Program-made: the position numbers and the translations under genes
NCBI GenBank assembly: GCA_963797915.1
Contig: CAWCRG010000017.1
Location: 171,074-235,073, forward strand
DNA: 64,000 nt
Direction of reading: 5' to 3'
Origin: Candidatus Sericytochromatia bacterium
GTDB taxonomy: Bacteria; Cyanobacteriota; Sericytochromatia; UBA7694
Notes under the pieces: generated by a model
Told to the model about the DNA's origin: nothing
Seen by the model: the letters and a program-made list of their open reading frames with translations, nothing else
The model's database searches: none
Shown here: positions 28,524 through 38,840 of the stretch, piece after piece
How the letters are laid out: the number at the start of each line of letters is the position of its first letter
Numbering within the stretch: position 1 is the first letter of the stretch

Positions 28524-29261
28524 TTACAAGTCGGTGGGTGTATAAAGAATCTTGCGTAAGCGTTTTTCGGCCTGTTTGAGTTTTCGGCAAACATCCATTT
28601 GTGACATATCGAGGTGACGGGCGATATTCGCCTGGGTGAGATCTTCGAAGTAGCGTAGTCTCAGCAGGTTTTGATCGAGCTCTGACAATTGACGTAGGCC
28701 TTCATCAATCAAAATGCGGGTATCCATGCGCTGTTGTAGCCCACCGTCTTCATCGGGGAGGGTATCGAGGAGTGTGCGGCTTTCGTTTTCACTCCCGCTT
28801 CCGTAGCGTTGATCGAGCCAGAGCATTTTCGCTTTGCGGGCATAGTTTAGCGCATCATCTACCTGCTCAGCAGTAATCCCCAGGTGTTGGGCGACATCAT
28901 CAGGAGTGATCAGGCGTTTATGTTTTTGCTTGAGCTCTTTTTGAGCCATTTGTACTCGATAAGTCAGTTCCTGTAAGGAGCGGGGACCCTTGAGTAACTG
29001 CTGACGGTCTCTGAGATAGTGACGAATATGGCCGTTGACAAAGTGCGTGGCATAGGTCTTAAAAGAAGCGGCCTGATTGGGATCGTAACGCCGGTGAGAT
29101 TCTAACAAGCCGATCATGCCCACCTGAATAAGATCCTCTACCGGATCTACCGTGCGGCGGGAGAGGGTATGGGCAATTTTATATACCAATGCAGCATAGT
29201 CCTGTACCACTTGTTCAGGGGACAGTTTTGCTGTTTCATGCTGTTGTCGTGATTTTGCCAT
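28524..29261 (-). CDS. RNA polymerase sigma factor, sigma-70 group 3 (FliA/SigB-like)
   Basis: Region 2 (IQVGMIGLLESHRRYDP...FKTYATHFVNGHIRHYL) and region 4 HTH (LTQANIARHLDMSQMDVCRKLKQAEKRLR) are present. The gene lies 3 kb from the flagellar operon. Confidence 0.65.
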   Translation of the reverse strand: MAKSRQQHETAKLSPEQVVQDYAALVYKIAHTLSRRTVDPVEDLIQVGMIGLLESHRRYDPNQAASFKTYATHFVNGHIRHYLRDRQQLLKGPRSLQELTYRVQMAQKELKQKHKRLITPDDVAQHLGITAEQVDDALNYARKAKMLWLDQRYGSGSENESRTLLDTLPDEDGGLQQRMDTRILIDEGLRQLSELDQNLLRLRYFEDLTQANIARHLDMSQMDVCRKLKQAEKRLRKILYTPTDL

Positions 29262-29406
29262 AATTGCTATGTTTTAGCATACCGCAAAATTGTGTAAGTG
29301 ACGAGATTGAGAACCTTTAAATACAGGCTAAGATCTGTGCGTGGTTGGTGGTGAAGATGAGTTGGATCTTTGAAATGTCTCTGCTAAGCTTCTTTATCGT
29401 TTCTTA

Positions 29407-29769
29407 TTGGAAAACGTTCGGAAAGCATATAGAAAAGAGAATCAATACATGTACACATTAAACGAGAGTGACCCTAAACCGTGGAGTGATTCTTTACTTA
29501 AAGGCCTGGTGGTGGCCTGCTCTCTGCTTTCCCCCCTTTTTGGTGGGGCCATTATTTATTATAGTATGAAGCGCAAACGTCCTGATCTGGCACGTTTGGG
29601 CAATCTGCTCAGCTTCGTTTCGGTTGGCCTTATTTTCTTGCTAACGTATTTAGAGAGCCCGATCCTGCTCCTGTTCCTACTTCTTATTCAACTGTTATTT
29701 TTACCTGCTTTGGGTGTTACTATCTGGCTGGCCATCAAAGTCAACCGTCAGTTTGTCGAGTTAACTTAG
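29407..29769 (+). CDS. small membrane protein, hypothetical
   Basis: 3 TM helices and no recognised motif. Confidence 0.3.
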   Translation: MENVRKAYRKENQYMYTLNESDPKPWSDSLLKGLVVACSLLSPLFGGAIIYYSMKRKRPDLARLGNLLSFVSVGLIFLLTYLESPILLLFLLLIQLLFLPALGVTIWLAIKVNRQFVELT

Positions 29770-29812
29770 CCCTCAGGCCACGCCGGTACACGCGGAATGT
29801 CACTGGTGTTCG

Positions 29813-31880
29813 TTACTTCACTAATTCTTGTATAAGCTGAACACAGGCCTTTACGGCTGCAGTGTCTTCAAACAGCGCGCTACGACGTTTTGATATCTCT
29901 TGAGAGACTTCTCGCCGATAGTCAGGATTCCCGGTGATTTTTACGGCCTGTTGAATATAGGCTTCTGAACTGTGGGTTACACATTGGGTATAGCCCATTT
30001 GCTCATAGGCCGCTGTGGTGTACCTTGCCCGGTGTAGTTTACCTGCTAAGGTGACCACGGGCGTTCCCGCTTGAAAGGCGTCATAATTGGTGTTGGCACC
30101 CCCGTTATAACAAGGCGTGTCGAGAATAACATCAGCAGCTTTGACCCACTGTAAATAGAGCGCTACCGGCATGCGCGGTAAAATATGCAGTCGCTCTAAA
30201 TCTAAGTTGTTTTTTGCCCACCGTTGCTGTAAACGATCGTGTAGAGCCGGAAGCTTGTCTGCAATAAAAAAAATCTGACTGCGTGGATCTTCTTTTAAAA
30301 TTCCTGCCAGCAAAGGATCCATTTCGGGCTGTATTTTGCGTAGGTTTTGGGTACACAAATAGACATTTTGCTCAGGATTGAGTGACAGTGTTTCACGACT
30401 GACGTTTTGCGGTACAGGCGGGGGAGCGTAGTAGGTGAGCAGGCGGCTTGCCTGTAACAAGGGTTCGGTGTAATGATTGGCTCCCTCCACAGGCTCTAAA
30501 AATTGTGACGAAAAGAAGGCGTCAACACAGGGAATACCACTGGTGACGGGCCATCCCCAGGAGCCTGCCTGCTTACGCGCAGTGCGAAAAAAGGGCAGAA
30601 AGTAATTGTGGGCATCGGTACCGATCTCCCAATAATAAAGCAGATCAAAATCAGCGGCTTGTAGCGTTTTAGCCGCTTCTAAAAGATCCCTGGGCAGTGA
30701 CAAATAGGTACATTGCGGCATTGCCTGGGTCAGAATGCTTTGCCCATGGGGTTGCATACACACCACAATGACTTCAAAGTCGTTTTGCAGGTGTTGAATC
30801 ATACCGGCCATACACTTCATAAAAACGCCTTCATGACCCGCTGTAACCACAAAGCCAATGCGCTCTCGTGAACGGGACTTTCCTGCCGGAGCTAATTCGG
30901 GAATTACATCGGTTTCGATGATGCGGTGGGCAAAGGTTTCCCGCAAATGCCGATCGTTGAAGCCATAATAGGCCATGGTGTAAGGCGGAAAGAGGTCATA
31001 TCTGATGAAGGATCCAGATCTTTAAAGTCGAAGGCCTCTTTTTCTAAGGCTTGCTGTAAGCTTGTCCACAGCTTCTTCTTTTTCTGCAATACTTTGAGGA
31101 ATGACGGGGAACGCTAATCACTTTGGCCCACTTCATGGCAGTGGCGTCCTGCGGGCGCTTTTTTAAGATGGCCTGACAGTGCACCGCGGTTTTAGGGTGC
31201 TGATCAGAGGCCCCGTATAAACGCCACAATTGCAGGTGGGCCTCAGTGTGCTCCGGTTGCAATTGAAGGGTTTTCAGATAGTGTTGTTCTGCCCGTTCAA
31301 ACTGTTTATCGGCAAACAGTAATCTTGCGAGCGCGTACTGCATCGGCGCGTGATCCGGCGCGTGGGATACGCCCTGTAGATAATTATTCAGGGCTGATCG
31401 CTGGCGCTTGAGGGCTTCTAGACTTTTGCCGTATTGGTAGTAGGACTCTCCATGTGCCGGTCTGACGTACTTTAAGACAAAAGCATAATGATGACAGGCT
31501 TTCTCATGGTTTTTAAGGTGTTGATAAGCCTTTGCCAGAGCATAATGCGCTTTTTTAGCCTCGGGGGTAGAGAGTAGCTTTTCAAACTGCACAACGCCCT
31601 CGGCAAATTGCTGATTGCGACACAGGGCTTCTCCCAGGTTGAAAATATAGGCTTCTGGTCGGGGGGCGTGAGCTATCGCTTGCTCTAGATAATGAATGCC
31701 CTGCGCATAATGTTCTCGTTCTGCACAGAGGGCGCCCAGTAAGTTGAGAATGCCGTGGTGGGTGGGGTGGTGTTTAAGAGCCTGTTGGTAAAGGGCCTCG
31801 GCCTGAGCGAGATGTCCTTGTTGATGTAAAGCTAACGGCCCGTTGCATGTGTTGATCGAGGTTTTGCATAGGTTTGAATT
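29813..31880 (-). pseudogene. TPR + GT41 (O-GlcNAc transferase-like) glycosyltransferase distributed over three reading frames (2-3 frame changes at about 31000-31060 and about 31800)
   Basis: The 29813-30976 frame has the GT41 catalytic C-terminal domain (ILDTPCYNGGANTNYDAFQAGTPVVTL). The 31044-31592 frame has TPR units. A third frame (31593-31880, no in-frame ATG) continues the TPRs (LALHQQGHLAQAEALYQQALKHHP). The likely N-terminus MQNLDQHMQRA is in yet another frame. The junctions coincide with A5/T5 runs. Confidence 0.5.
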
Positions 31881-31922
31881 ATAGCAAAAGGGTGAGTAAA
31901 AGCCAGAGTGGCATGTGATGAA

Positions 31923-32915
31923 TTATTTTGAAAACGCACAGCCCAATTCTAACTGATCCTCAGGGAGAAAGCGACTTACTAGTGTGGCATTGGGCTGCTT
32001 CAGTTTGGCTTTAAGAGAAGGCGTGACTTCGGTATCCTGCTGCGTGTAGAAGGTGGTCAGTTTGTGATGCAGGTCTTTGGTTTGCTCTGTTTGTCCCATC
32101 ACACGTACCTGGTAGTGAATCGGGGGATGAGAGGCTTTAAGCACCTGCTGGCTTCGCTGCATCTCAGTCTGGGTTTTTTGATGGTAGAAGCTTTTGCGGG
32201 AGTGCACCTGATGCTCGCCCCAGGTATCCACACAAAAGTGGATGTCGATGCCCGTTGCGATGGCGCGCAGGGAAAAGTCAATGTCTTCGGCACCCCATCC
32301 CGTTATTTTTTCATTAAAGCCCTTGAGTGAGAGGTATTGCGTGCGGGAAATACTAAAGTTGCCCCCCCAACAAAAAAGAGCAGGTTCTGATAAAAGGCGG
32401 CTAAAGGGGTAAAAGCGCTCCGAAGAACAGGCTTCAAATCGTTTGTCGATGTAGTTGACCTCACGACTTTTATCAAAGGCAGAGGGGCTGACATAAGTGA
32501 AGTTATTGCCAAAATAGCTGCTCAGTAAGTGCATGGGGTAATTCTTGAATATGAGCCTGATACGCTTTTAAGGCATCTGGATTTAGCAGAATATCTCCAT
32601 CAACAAACACCAAATGCTCCTGACTTGCGTGGGCGACAGCCCGATTTCGGGAGCGAGAAATGCAGCGATCGTTGGGTCGAGAAAGGTAGTGGAGGGGAGG
32701 GAGGAGGTCCACTGCTCTACGACCTTCCCACCTGTTTCTCCATCATCGGTAACAATCACATCAATGGGCTGTATCGTTTGATGTGCGATACTTTGTAGGC
32801 AAGCGTTCAGGTTTTCTTCTCGGCCAGGGGCGGTGGTGATAATCAGGCTAATCATGGGGTGCTTTCTTCGGGGCGAATTGAGGGTAACAATGCCATTCAT
32901 ATTACCAAACTCCAA
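31923..32915 (-). pseudogene. family-2 glycosyltransferase split into three frames (32583-32915, 32503-32712, 31923-32534)
   Basis: The N-terminus has ISLIITTAPGREENLNACLQSIAHQT...VIVTDDGE. The middle part has RNRAVAHASQEHLVFVDGDILLNPDAL (DxD region). The C-terminal part has ITGWGAEDIDFSLRA, i.e. the WGGEDDD-type motif of the GT2/galactosyltransferase-like family. Confidence 0.5.
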
Positions 32916-32964
32916 AGCTGATCAGGGGGCTACTTCAAATCTCCTGGTTTTATCAGCCCTGGCT

Positions 32965-34251
32965 CTAAAGACTATCAATCCCCGGTAAGCGCGCCCGTTC
33001 TTGCAGACAGTCCAATAAAAAGCAGGCCAGTCCGGCATCTCCCGTCCAGAGACTATAATGCCAATCGCCATGCTGAGCGTGGGCGTCTATGGACTGTTGT
33101 AGGGCATACATGCCAAAACGACGGGCGTGAGCTAACCAGTCAATGGGGGGCAGGTGAGCCGGGAGTTTGCTTTTTAGGCGCTGGTGTAAATAGAGCAGGG
33201 CGTACCCGTTGCCTGCGGTGCCATGGCATAGCGAGGCGCCTTTGCTGACGGCTCCGGCTTCTAAAATACTCAGCCCGCCTTTATAAAGCCAGGCGTCTAA
33301 CTCCGGTAAGTCGGCCCGCTGTAGGGCACAAAGTATCCCCGGTGCCCCATGGCACCACTGCATCAGCATGTCACCGGGCTGAGGGTTGCTCAGCTGACTG
33401 GCTAATCCGGGCCAATTGATGGCGCCCGCGTGGGTTTGCTCAAGACTGTCTGCGTGGCTAATGGCAAGGGTTTTGATGCCACTCAGGGTGCGTTCCCGCA
33501 GTTGATTATACTGAAGGTCACTTAACAGAGGCTCCGCGCGCCATAAGCCATATAAGTTGCTGGCCCAACCATGACCGGCACCTAATAAGATCCGTTTTTT
33601 ACCGTAGAGGTCCTGCTCCCAGAGCCAGGCTCCGTAAGCGTCAAACCAGGTCCATTGCTCCCAGAGTTTATTGACGTGAGACTCACACAGTTCTCTCCAG
33701 CGTTTTTCAGCCGTGGCCTCCCATAAAAACAGTGCGGCCAAAAAAGTGCCTGGTGCTCCCCATAAGATTTCCTGACTGGGGTGATCCAGATTGCTCTGGA
33801 CCTGTGCAAACAACAGATCTTGCCACTGCTCTCGCTGGTCGGCGGGGGTCTGAGGGTCCAGGCAAATCTTGGTTAACAGGGCGCTTTCACCTAAAAACCA
33901 GGACGGAACCCGCATACCGCTATCGGGTTGTTGAAGGTAGCGTTGGTGAAGCGTGCTGTAGAGCGAGGCAGTGTCATGCATCGGCCTTGTGGGAATCAAT
34001 TCGCTTTGCTGCAGGCGCTCCAGGGCTAACCATACGCCCAACGCTCCGTTGTAAAGGGTTGTCGGGGTTTCACTCTCCAGGTCCATCGCGTCCCGGGGAT
34101 GGACGGGAAAGCAGCCGCGCAGAGCAGAAGACTGCGACTGGTCGAGGGCGGCTGTGCCCCAGCGGTTCAGCCATTGCTTAATAACCTCAGGATCCCAGCG
34201 GAGATCCTGAGGCAGGGGATGGTGACGATCTGCCTGAAAAAGAACCTGCAT
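32965..34251 (-). CDS. LanC-like (lanthionine synthetase C-like) protein, stand-alone
   Basis: Repeated GxxG plus conserved WCHGAPG and LCHGTAGNGYALL (CHG) motifs of the LanC alpha-toroid family. No lanB, lanM or precursor peptide gene is evident nearby. Confidence 0.6.
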   Translation of the reverse strand: MQVLFQADRHHPLPQDLRWDPEVIKQWLNRWGTAALDQSQSSALRGCFPVHPRDAMDLESETPTTLYNGALGVWLALERLQQSELIPTRPMHDTASLYSTLHQRYLQQPDSGMRVPSWFLGESALLTKICLDPQTPADQREQWQDLLFAQVQSNLDHPSQEILWGAPGTFLAALFLWEATAEKRWRELCESHVNKLWEQWTWFDAYGAWLWEQDLYGKKRILLGAGHGWASNLYGLWRAEPLLSDLQYNQLRERTLSGIKTLAISHADSLEQTHAGAINWPGLASQLSNPQPGDMLMQWCHGAPGILCALQRADLPELDAWLYKGGLSILEAGAVSKGASLCHGTAGNGYALLYLHQRLKSKLPAHLPPIDWLAHARRFGMYALQQSIDAHAQHGDWHYSLWTGDAGLACFLLDCLQERARLPGIDSL

Positions 34252-34261
34252 GGGTGGCTAA

Positions 34262-35626
34262 TTATTCAATACGAGAAACGGTAAGTAATTGGGGGGGCGT
34301 ACTATCTGCTGGGTAGTAAAGGCTCAGGGTGACATCGTAATCAATTCCTGGTGCCAGGGTAAAACGCTCCAGGGGCTGAGGCTCTTGTCCGTGCTGTAAT
34401 ACCAGATGAGAAAAGCGTTCTTGTTTTTGATTATACTCATCGGTCCATTGTAGTTTGGTGCTGCCCCGGTACATGACTGGTTTATTGGGCGGGAATACAA
34501 AACTTTGTTCATCCTTGTTTTGTGACACCGGGTGAGAAAGTCCGATGCTATAGGTTTGATAACTACTGGTGCGGTTATGCAGCGGAATTTCAATATCGTA
34601 GCGGACACCGTAGTTGGCATGATTTTGATAGGCCGTATCCGCGTAGCGTCTTAAGAGTTCTCCGCTCTGGTTTTGGTTGGTGCCCATGCGCTTTAAGTAA
34701 ACCGCAGAGATCGGGTAACCGACAGTGTCCCCTACCCCCGGACGCTGCAGAAGCGCATCGCCCTGAAAGAGCTTGCTCTGCCAGGTGAGTCCCTGGCTAA
34801 TGCCGGCCACACGGCCATAGCGGAAGGGGCCTTGTGGCTTTTCACGCGTGTAGTTGGTGGGCGTTTCTTCGCGCTTACCGGCCATTTTGCCGCTGTTTAA
34901 TAGCTCGCGGTAGTCTTCGACGGTAGGGGCGACAAAACCCTCGCCTTTTTTATCGGCGAAATAGGCCAAATGGGACACATAAAGCGAGTTAGAGCTGTTG
35001 AAGTACATGAGACTCGAGCGGCCGTTGATGGGCGGCAGGATTTTGACATTGGTAGGAACAGGCAAACTGGCGATCAGCTCTGTGGAGCGGGGGGGGATTA
35101 TAAAGGTCTTGTTTTTAAGGGGCGTGGTATCGGTTAAGAGTTCTGTGGTCACGCGATCACCGGGTCCGGCATAAACGCTTCCATTGGGGTTGTCGGTCAG
35201 TGTGGGCAGTGACTTAAAGAGAGCGTCGGGCTGGCTCAGGTAAGAGGCTCCGCTGGTTAACTCAAGGGTTACCGGTGTGGCGTTCGGGTTTGTGACCAGG
35301 GTGCCTAAGTAAAGTAAGCGCACACCGGGAGCTGGATCTCGCGCGATATGGTGGGAGAAAACACCAAAGCGCCCTTTGAAAGGGAAGTCTAAATAGGCCG
35401 GCGATTTACCGGGCAGTGAAGAGACTAAAATGCCAGAGCTCTCGACAATTTCGGGGCTGTTGCTGTTGAGCATGGGGTCGGCATCGAGGCTGCCGGGCAA
35501 GGGGAAAATCTTAATATTTTGAACTGTTTTAACCTGGTCTGGGCTATCGGCCAGGACGGGACTGATAGGCGAAAGGGAGAAGCTTGCGAGCAGTGCTAAA
35601 GAAAAAAGGGCGTGTGTGTACTTCAT
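34262..35626 (-). CDS. large secreted hypothetical protein (signal peptide)
   Basis: Signal peptide MKYTHALFSLALLASFSLSPISPVLA. The mature 430 aa are unassigned. Confidence 0.4.
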   Translation of the reverse strand: MKYTHALFSLALLASFSLSPISPVLADSPDQVKTVQNIKIFPLPGSLDADPMLNSNSPEIVESSGILVSSLPGKSPAYLDFPFKGRFGVFSHHIARDPAPGVRLLYLGTLVTNPNATPVTLELTSGASYLSQPDALFKSLPTLTDNPNGSVYAGPGDRVTTELLTDTTPLKNKTFIIPPRSTELIASLPVPTNVKILPPINGRSSLMYFNSSNSLYVSHLAYFADKKGEGFVAPTVEDYRELLNSGKMAGKREETPTNYTREKPQGPFRYGRVAGISQGLTWQSKLFQGDALLQRPGVGDTVGYPISAVYLKRMGTNQNQSGELLRRYADTAYQNHANYGVRYDIEIPLHNRTSSYQTYSIGLSHPVSQNKDEQSFVFPPNKPVMYRGSTKLQWTDEYNQKQERFSHLVLQHGQEPQPLERFTLAPGIDYDVTLSLYYPADSTPPQLLTVSRIE

Positions 35627-35670
35627 GAAACCATCCTGGATTGTCGTTCGTTTATTTGTCTAAGAGTCGT

Positions 35671-36057
35671 TTAAAAGTCAATAAAAATAGAGAGTATGCC
35701 AAACACAAACATAAAAACAAAGGCGATGCATAAAAAAGAAACCCAAAAGTTAAAAAACAATTCGATGGCCTGGCCGCTATCGAACTTTAAGTAAAATTTA
35801 GCTAGCACGGCCAGAATGGCGGCTTCCATGCCATAAAAAAATAGACTTGAAAAAAAGCCGAGCCCCAGGGTGAATCCGGCCACCAGTACAATAACGGGAA
35901 TAACCCATGCAAGGACCGGCTTCAGCTCTTCACTTTTGAGACTTTCAAAGGTTGTGTTGACGTTGCCTTTGCTCCAGGCATCGACCGGAAAGATCAAATG
36001 GTGGACGAGTGATTTTTGAGAGGTGGTGGTGTAACCATAGTTATATGTATTGCTCAT
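35671..36057 (-). CDS. small membrane protein, hypothetical
   Basis: 3 TM helices. Confidence 0.3.
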   Translation of the reverse strand: MSNTYNYGYTTTSQKSLVHHLIFPVDAWSKGNVNTTFESLKSEELKPVLAWVIPVIVLVAGFTLGLGFFSSLFFYGMEAAILAVLAKFYLKFDSGQAIELFFNFWVSFLCIAFVFMFVFGILSIFIDF

Positions 36058-36151
36058 ACGCCTATTATAACACTACAAAAGCTGATGTCTTGGCGGGGCG
36101 TTGTGCTACAATTGAGTCCAAATATTCAAGAATGACGGCGGAAAGTAGCAA

Positions 36152-36661
36152 ATGTCTGACTCCAAGACTCTCAACGAAAATAAAGTAGACACCTATTTAG
36201 AAGAACTGCAGCTCATACAAGGACAGGGCGTTAAAAAAATTGCTCTGATTGGTAGTCGCCACGTTTCCTTTGCGCACCAGCAATTTATTGAAACCCTGGC
36301 TTATGCTCTGGCTCTTGAAGGGCACCAAATTATTACCAGTGGTGCGCCCGGTACAAATTTTGCGGTCATTAAAGGCGTTCAGCGGGCTAACCCCGATCGT
36401 CTCACCGTTATTTTGCCGCAAACTATTGAAGAGCAGCCCGACGAAAGCCGCGAACAGCTGGTGACCTTAAAAACGGTGCACGAGCACCCTGAACGGGTAA
36501 ACATGACCCTTTCTCAGGCTTCTGAACTTTGTTACTCCGAAATTATTGGCCAATGTCAACAGCTGGTTTCTTTCCTTTATCACACCAGCTTGACCCTTAA
36601 GCAAACGATTCAGTATGCCCAGGAACAAAACAAAATGGTCACCGCTTTTTATCTTGACTAA
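36152..36661 (+). CDS. DprA-like/SLOG Rossmann-fold protein (putative nucleotide- or DNA-binding), hypothetical
   Basis: KKIALIGSRHVSF...ITSGAPGTNFAVIKGV resembles the DprA/Smf Rossmann core (GSR...VSGGA.GID). This is a weak call. Confidence 0.3.
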   Translation: MSDSKTLNENKVDTYLEELQLIQGQGVKKIALIGSRHVSFAHQQFIETLAYALALEGHQIITSGAPGTNFAVIKGVQRANPDRLTVILPQTIEEQPDESREQLVTLKTVHEHPERVNMTLSQASELCYSEIIGQCQQLVSFLYHTSLTLKQTIQYAQEQNKMVTAFYLD

Positions 36662-36663
36662 AT

Positions 36664-37680
36664 ATGGCAAAATTAACACGTGCCCTCGCCTTTCTTGTGG
36701 GGTTGGGGGTATTCGCCCTTCTGGTGGGCATTACTTATTTCTATTTTCAACTGGCGCCGCCTGAAGACAATAAAAGCGCCGTCTACCTTATTCGTCCAGG
36801 TACAGCCCTGAGTCAGGTGACCTATGAGTTAGAAGCGCGCGGTGTTATTCGTAACGCCCGTGCTGCCCAGCTGTACGCCCGTTTGCGTCAGTGGCACACC
36901 CAGCTCAAAACCGGCTATTACCGCTTTGACGAAGGCCTTGCAGCGACGGTAGTTCTCAAAAAAATAGTCACCGGGCAAACCACCAAAATTCCCTATACAA
37001 TTCCTGAAGGCTACCGTATTGATCAGGCCGCCAAAAACCTGGATCAGTATAATTTGTCTTCCAAACGCTATGAAGCAATCGCAACCGCTCCCCCGGCAGC
37101 GCTGCTCGCACAGTTTCCTTTTTTAAAAGAGACCTCGGCAGCAAAGCGTTTAGAGGGGTATCTTTTTCCCGATACCTATTATCTCAGCGGCTCAGAAGAA
37201 GAGCTTATTCAGGGGCAATTGCGCCGTTTTCAGGAGGTGATTATGCCCCTCTGGAATCGCCGACCTGCCACCCACCCCCTGGATCTTAATGACACCATCA
37301 AGCTTGCATCAGTGGTGGAGTTAGAGGGTCTTTTAGATCGTGAGCTACCCATCATTGCGGGCGTGTTTTTACACCGTCTGCGTATTGGTATGCCGCTGCA
37401 GTCTGACCCCACTACTGAATACGCCCTCGGTTGGCATCAGGGTGAAAAAGGCCTCTCCCTTGAGGACATTAAAATTGATTCACCGTATAATACCTACAGA
37501 TATAAGGGACTCATGCCGACACCTATCGGTAATCCGGGCAAAGCAGCGGTAGAAGCAGTGCTTTTTCCTAAAGAAACGCCTTATCTCTACTTTGTGGCCC
37601 GAGGAGATGGTTCTCACACCTTTTCCGCAACGTACCCTGAGCATCTCGCGGCCATTCGAATGATTCACGCAGGCAAATAG
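36664..37680 (+). CDS. mltG: endolytic murein transglycosylase MltG (YceG family)
   Basis: An N-terminal TM helix plus YceG motifs (TIPEGYRIDQAAKNL, FPDTYYL, ASVVELEG, TEYALG, YNTYRYKGLMPTPIGNPG). Confidence 0.85.
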   Translation: MAKLTRALAFLVGLGVFALLVGITYFYFQLAPPEDNKSAVYLIRPGTALSQVTYELEARGVIRNARAAQLYARLRQWHTQLKTGYYRFDEGLAATVVLKKIVTGQTTKIPYTIPEGYRIDQAAKNLDQYNLSSKRYEAIATAPPAALLAQFPFLKETSAAKRLEGYLFPDTYYLSGSEEELIQGQLRRFQEVIMPLWNRRPATHPLDLNDTIKLASVVELEGLLDRELPIIAGVFLHRLRIGMPLQSDPTTEYALGWHQGEKGLSLEDIKIDSPYNTYRYKGLMPTPIGNPGKAAVEAVLFPKETPYLYFVARGDGSHTFSATYPEHLAAIRMIHAGK

Positions 37681-37700
37681 TAACTAAAGGATGAGGCATT

Positions 37701-38840
37701 ATGGGCGAAGTTAAACTCACAAATATTATTAAACGTTTTGGTAACACTGAGGTCATTAAAAATCTTTCTTTGCACATCAAAGATGGTGAGTTTTTGGTGC
37801 TGGTAGGCGGCAGTGGTTGTGGTAAGTCCACCACACTGCGATTGATAGCGGGTCTTGAAACTGCTACCGAAGGCCAGATTATGATAGGTGATAAAGAAGT
37901 TACCGATGTGCCTCCCAAAGGCCGTGACATTGCCATGGTGTTTCAAAACTATGCGCTATACCCCCATATGACGGTCTACGACAATATTGCCTTTGGTTTA
38001 AAGCTCCGCAAAATGCCCAAAGCTGAAATTCAAAAAAAAGTCGAAGAAGCGGCAGAAATGCTGGATATTACACCTTATTTGAAACGTAAACCCAAAGAAC
38101 TTTCGGGTGGGCAACGCCAGCGGGTGGCCTTAGGCCGCGCCATTGTGCGCGACGCTCAGGTCTTTTTGATGGATGAACCCCTGTCTAACCTGGACGCAAA
38201 ACTGCGCATGCAGACCCGTACCGAAATTAAACGCTTACAGAAAAAACTCGGTATTACTACGGTGTATGTGACCCACGATCAGGTAGAAGCTATGACCATG
38301 GGTGATCGCATGGCCGTCATGAAAGACGGGATTATTCAACAACTGGCAACGCCGGCAGTGGCTTATGAGTTTCCGGCAAATCTGTTTGTGGCCGGTTTTA
38401 TTGGGAGCCCAGCGATGAACTTTATTCCGGTGAACGTCAGTGAACTCGATGCCGAGCACGTGAGTATTTCTGGTAAAAACATGCAGCTCAAGCTCAAGCG
38501 CCCCAGCAGTGCTCAGGAGATGGACGGCTTTAAAGGCCAGGATATGTTGTTTGGTGTACGCCCTGAGTCGATTGCGCTGGTGGAAGAAGATACCCGTGCA
38601 CACAAGGGAGACTGGCAAGCGCTTAAAGCAATGGTCGATGTGGTCGAACCCTCGGGATCGCGCACCTTTGTGCATATGACGATTGGGGGACAGGACGTGA
38701 TTTCTGAAGCGGATACGATTAAAGTGATGCATCTTCAGGGCAATACAGAGATTACCGTCTGGTTTAATACTTCTCATGTTCACCTCTTTGACCCCGCCAG
38801 TGAAAAACGCATTATGAGTACGGCCCAGGATAAACTATGA
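37701..38840 (+). CDS. ABC transporter ATP-binding protein, MalK/UgpC/MsmK type with C-terminal TOBE domain
   Basis: Walker [11 protein letters not shown]-loop, signature [14 protein letters not shown], Walker [14 protein letters not shown]-terminal regulatory/TOBE-like domain is present. No permease gene is adjacent. Confidence 0.85.
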   Translation: MGEVKLTNIIKRFGNTEVIKNLSLHIKDGEFLVLVGGSGCGKSTTLRLIAGLETATEGQIMIGDKEVTDVPPKGRDIAMVFQNYALYPHMTVYDNIAFGLKLRKMPKAEIQKKVEEAAEMLDITPYLKRKPKELSGGQRQRVALGRAIVRDAQVFLMDEPLSNLDAKLRMQTRTEIKRLQKKLGITTVYVTHDQVEAMTMGDRMAVMKDGIIQQLATPAVAYEFPANLFVAGFIGSPAMNFIPVNVSELDAEHVSISGKNMQLKLKRPSSAQEMDGFKGQDMLFGVRPESIALVEEDTRAHKGDWQALKAMVDVVEPSGSRTFVHMTIGGQDVISEADTIKVMHLQGNTEITVWFNTSHVHLFDPASEKRIMSTAQDKL

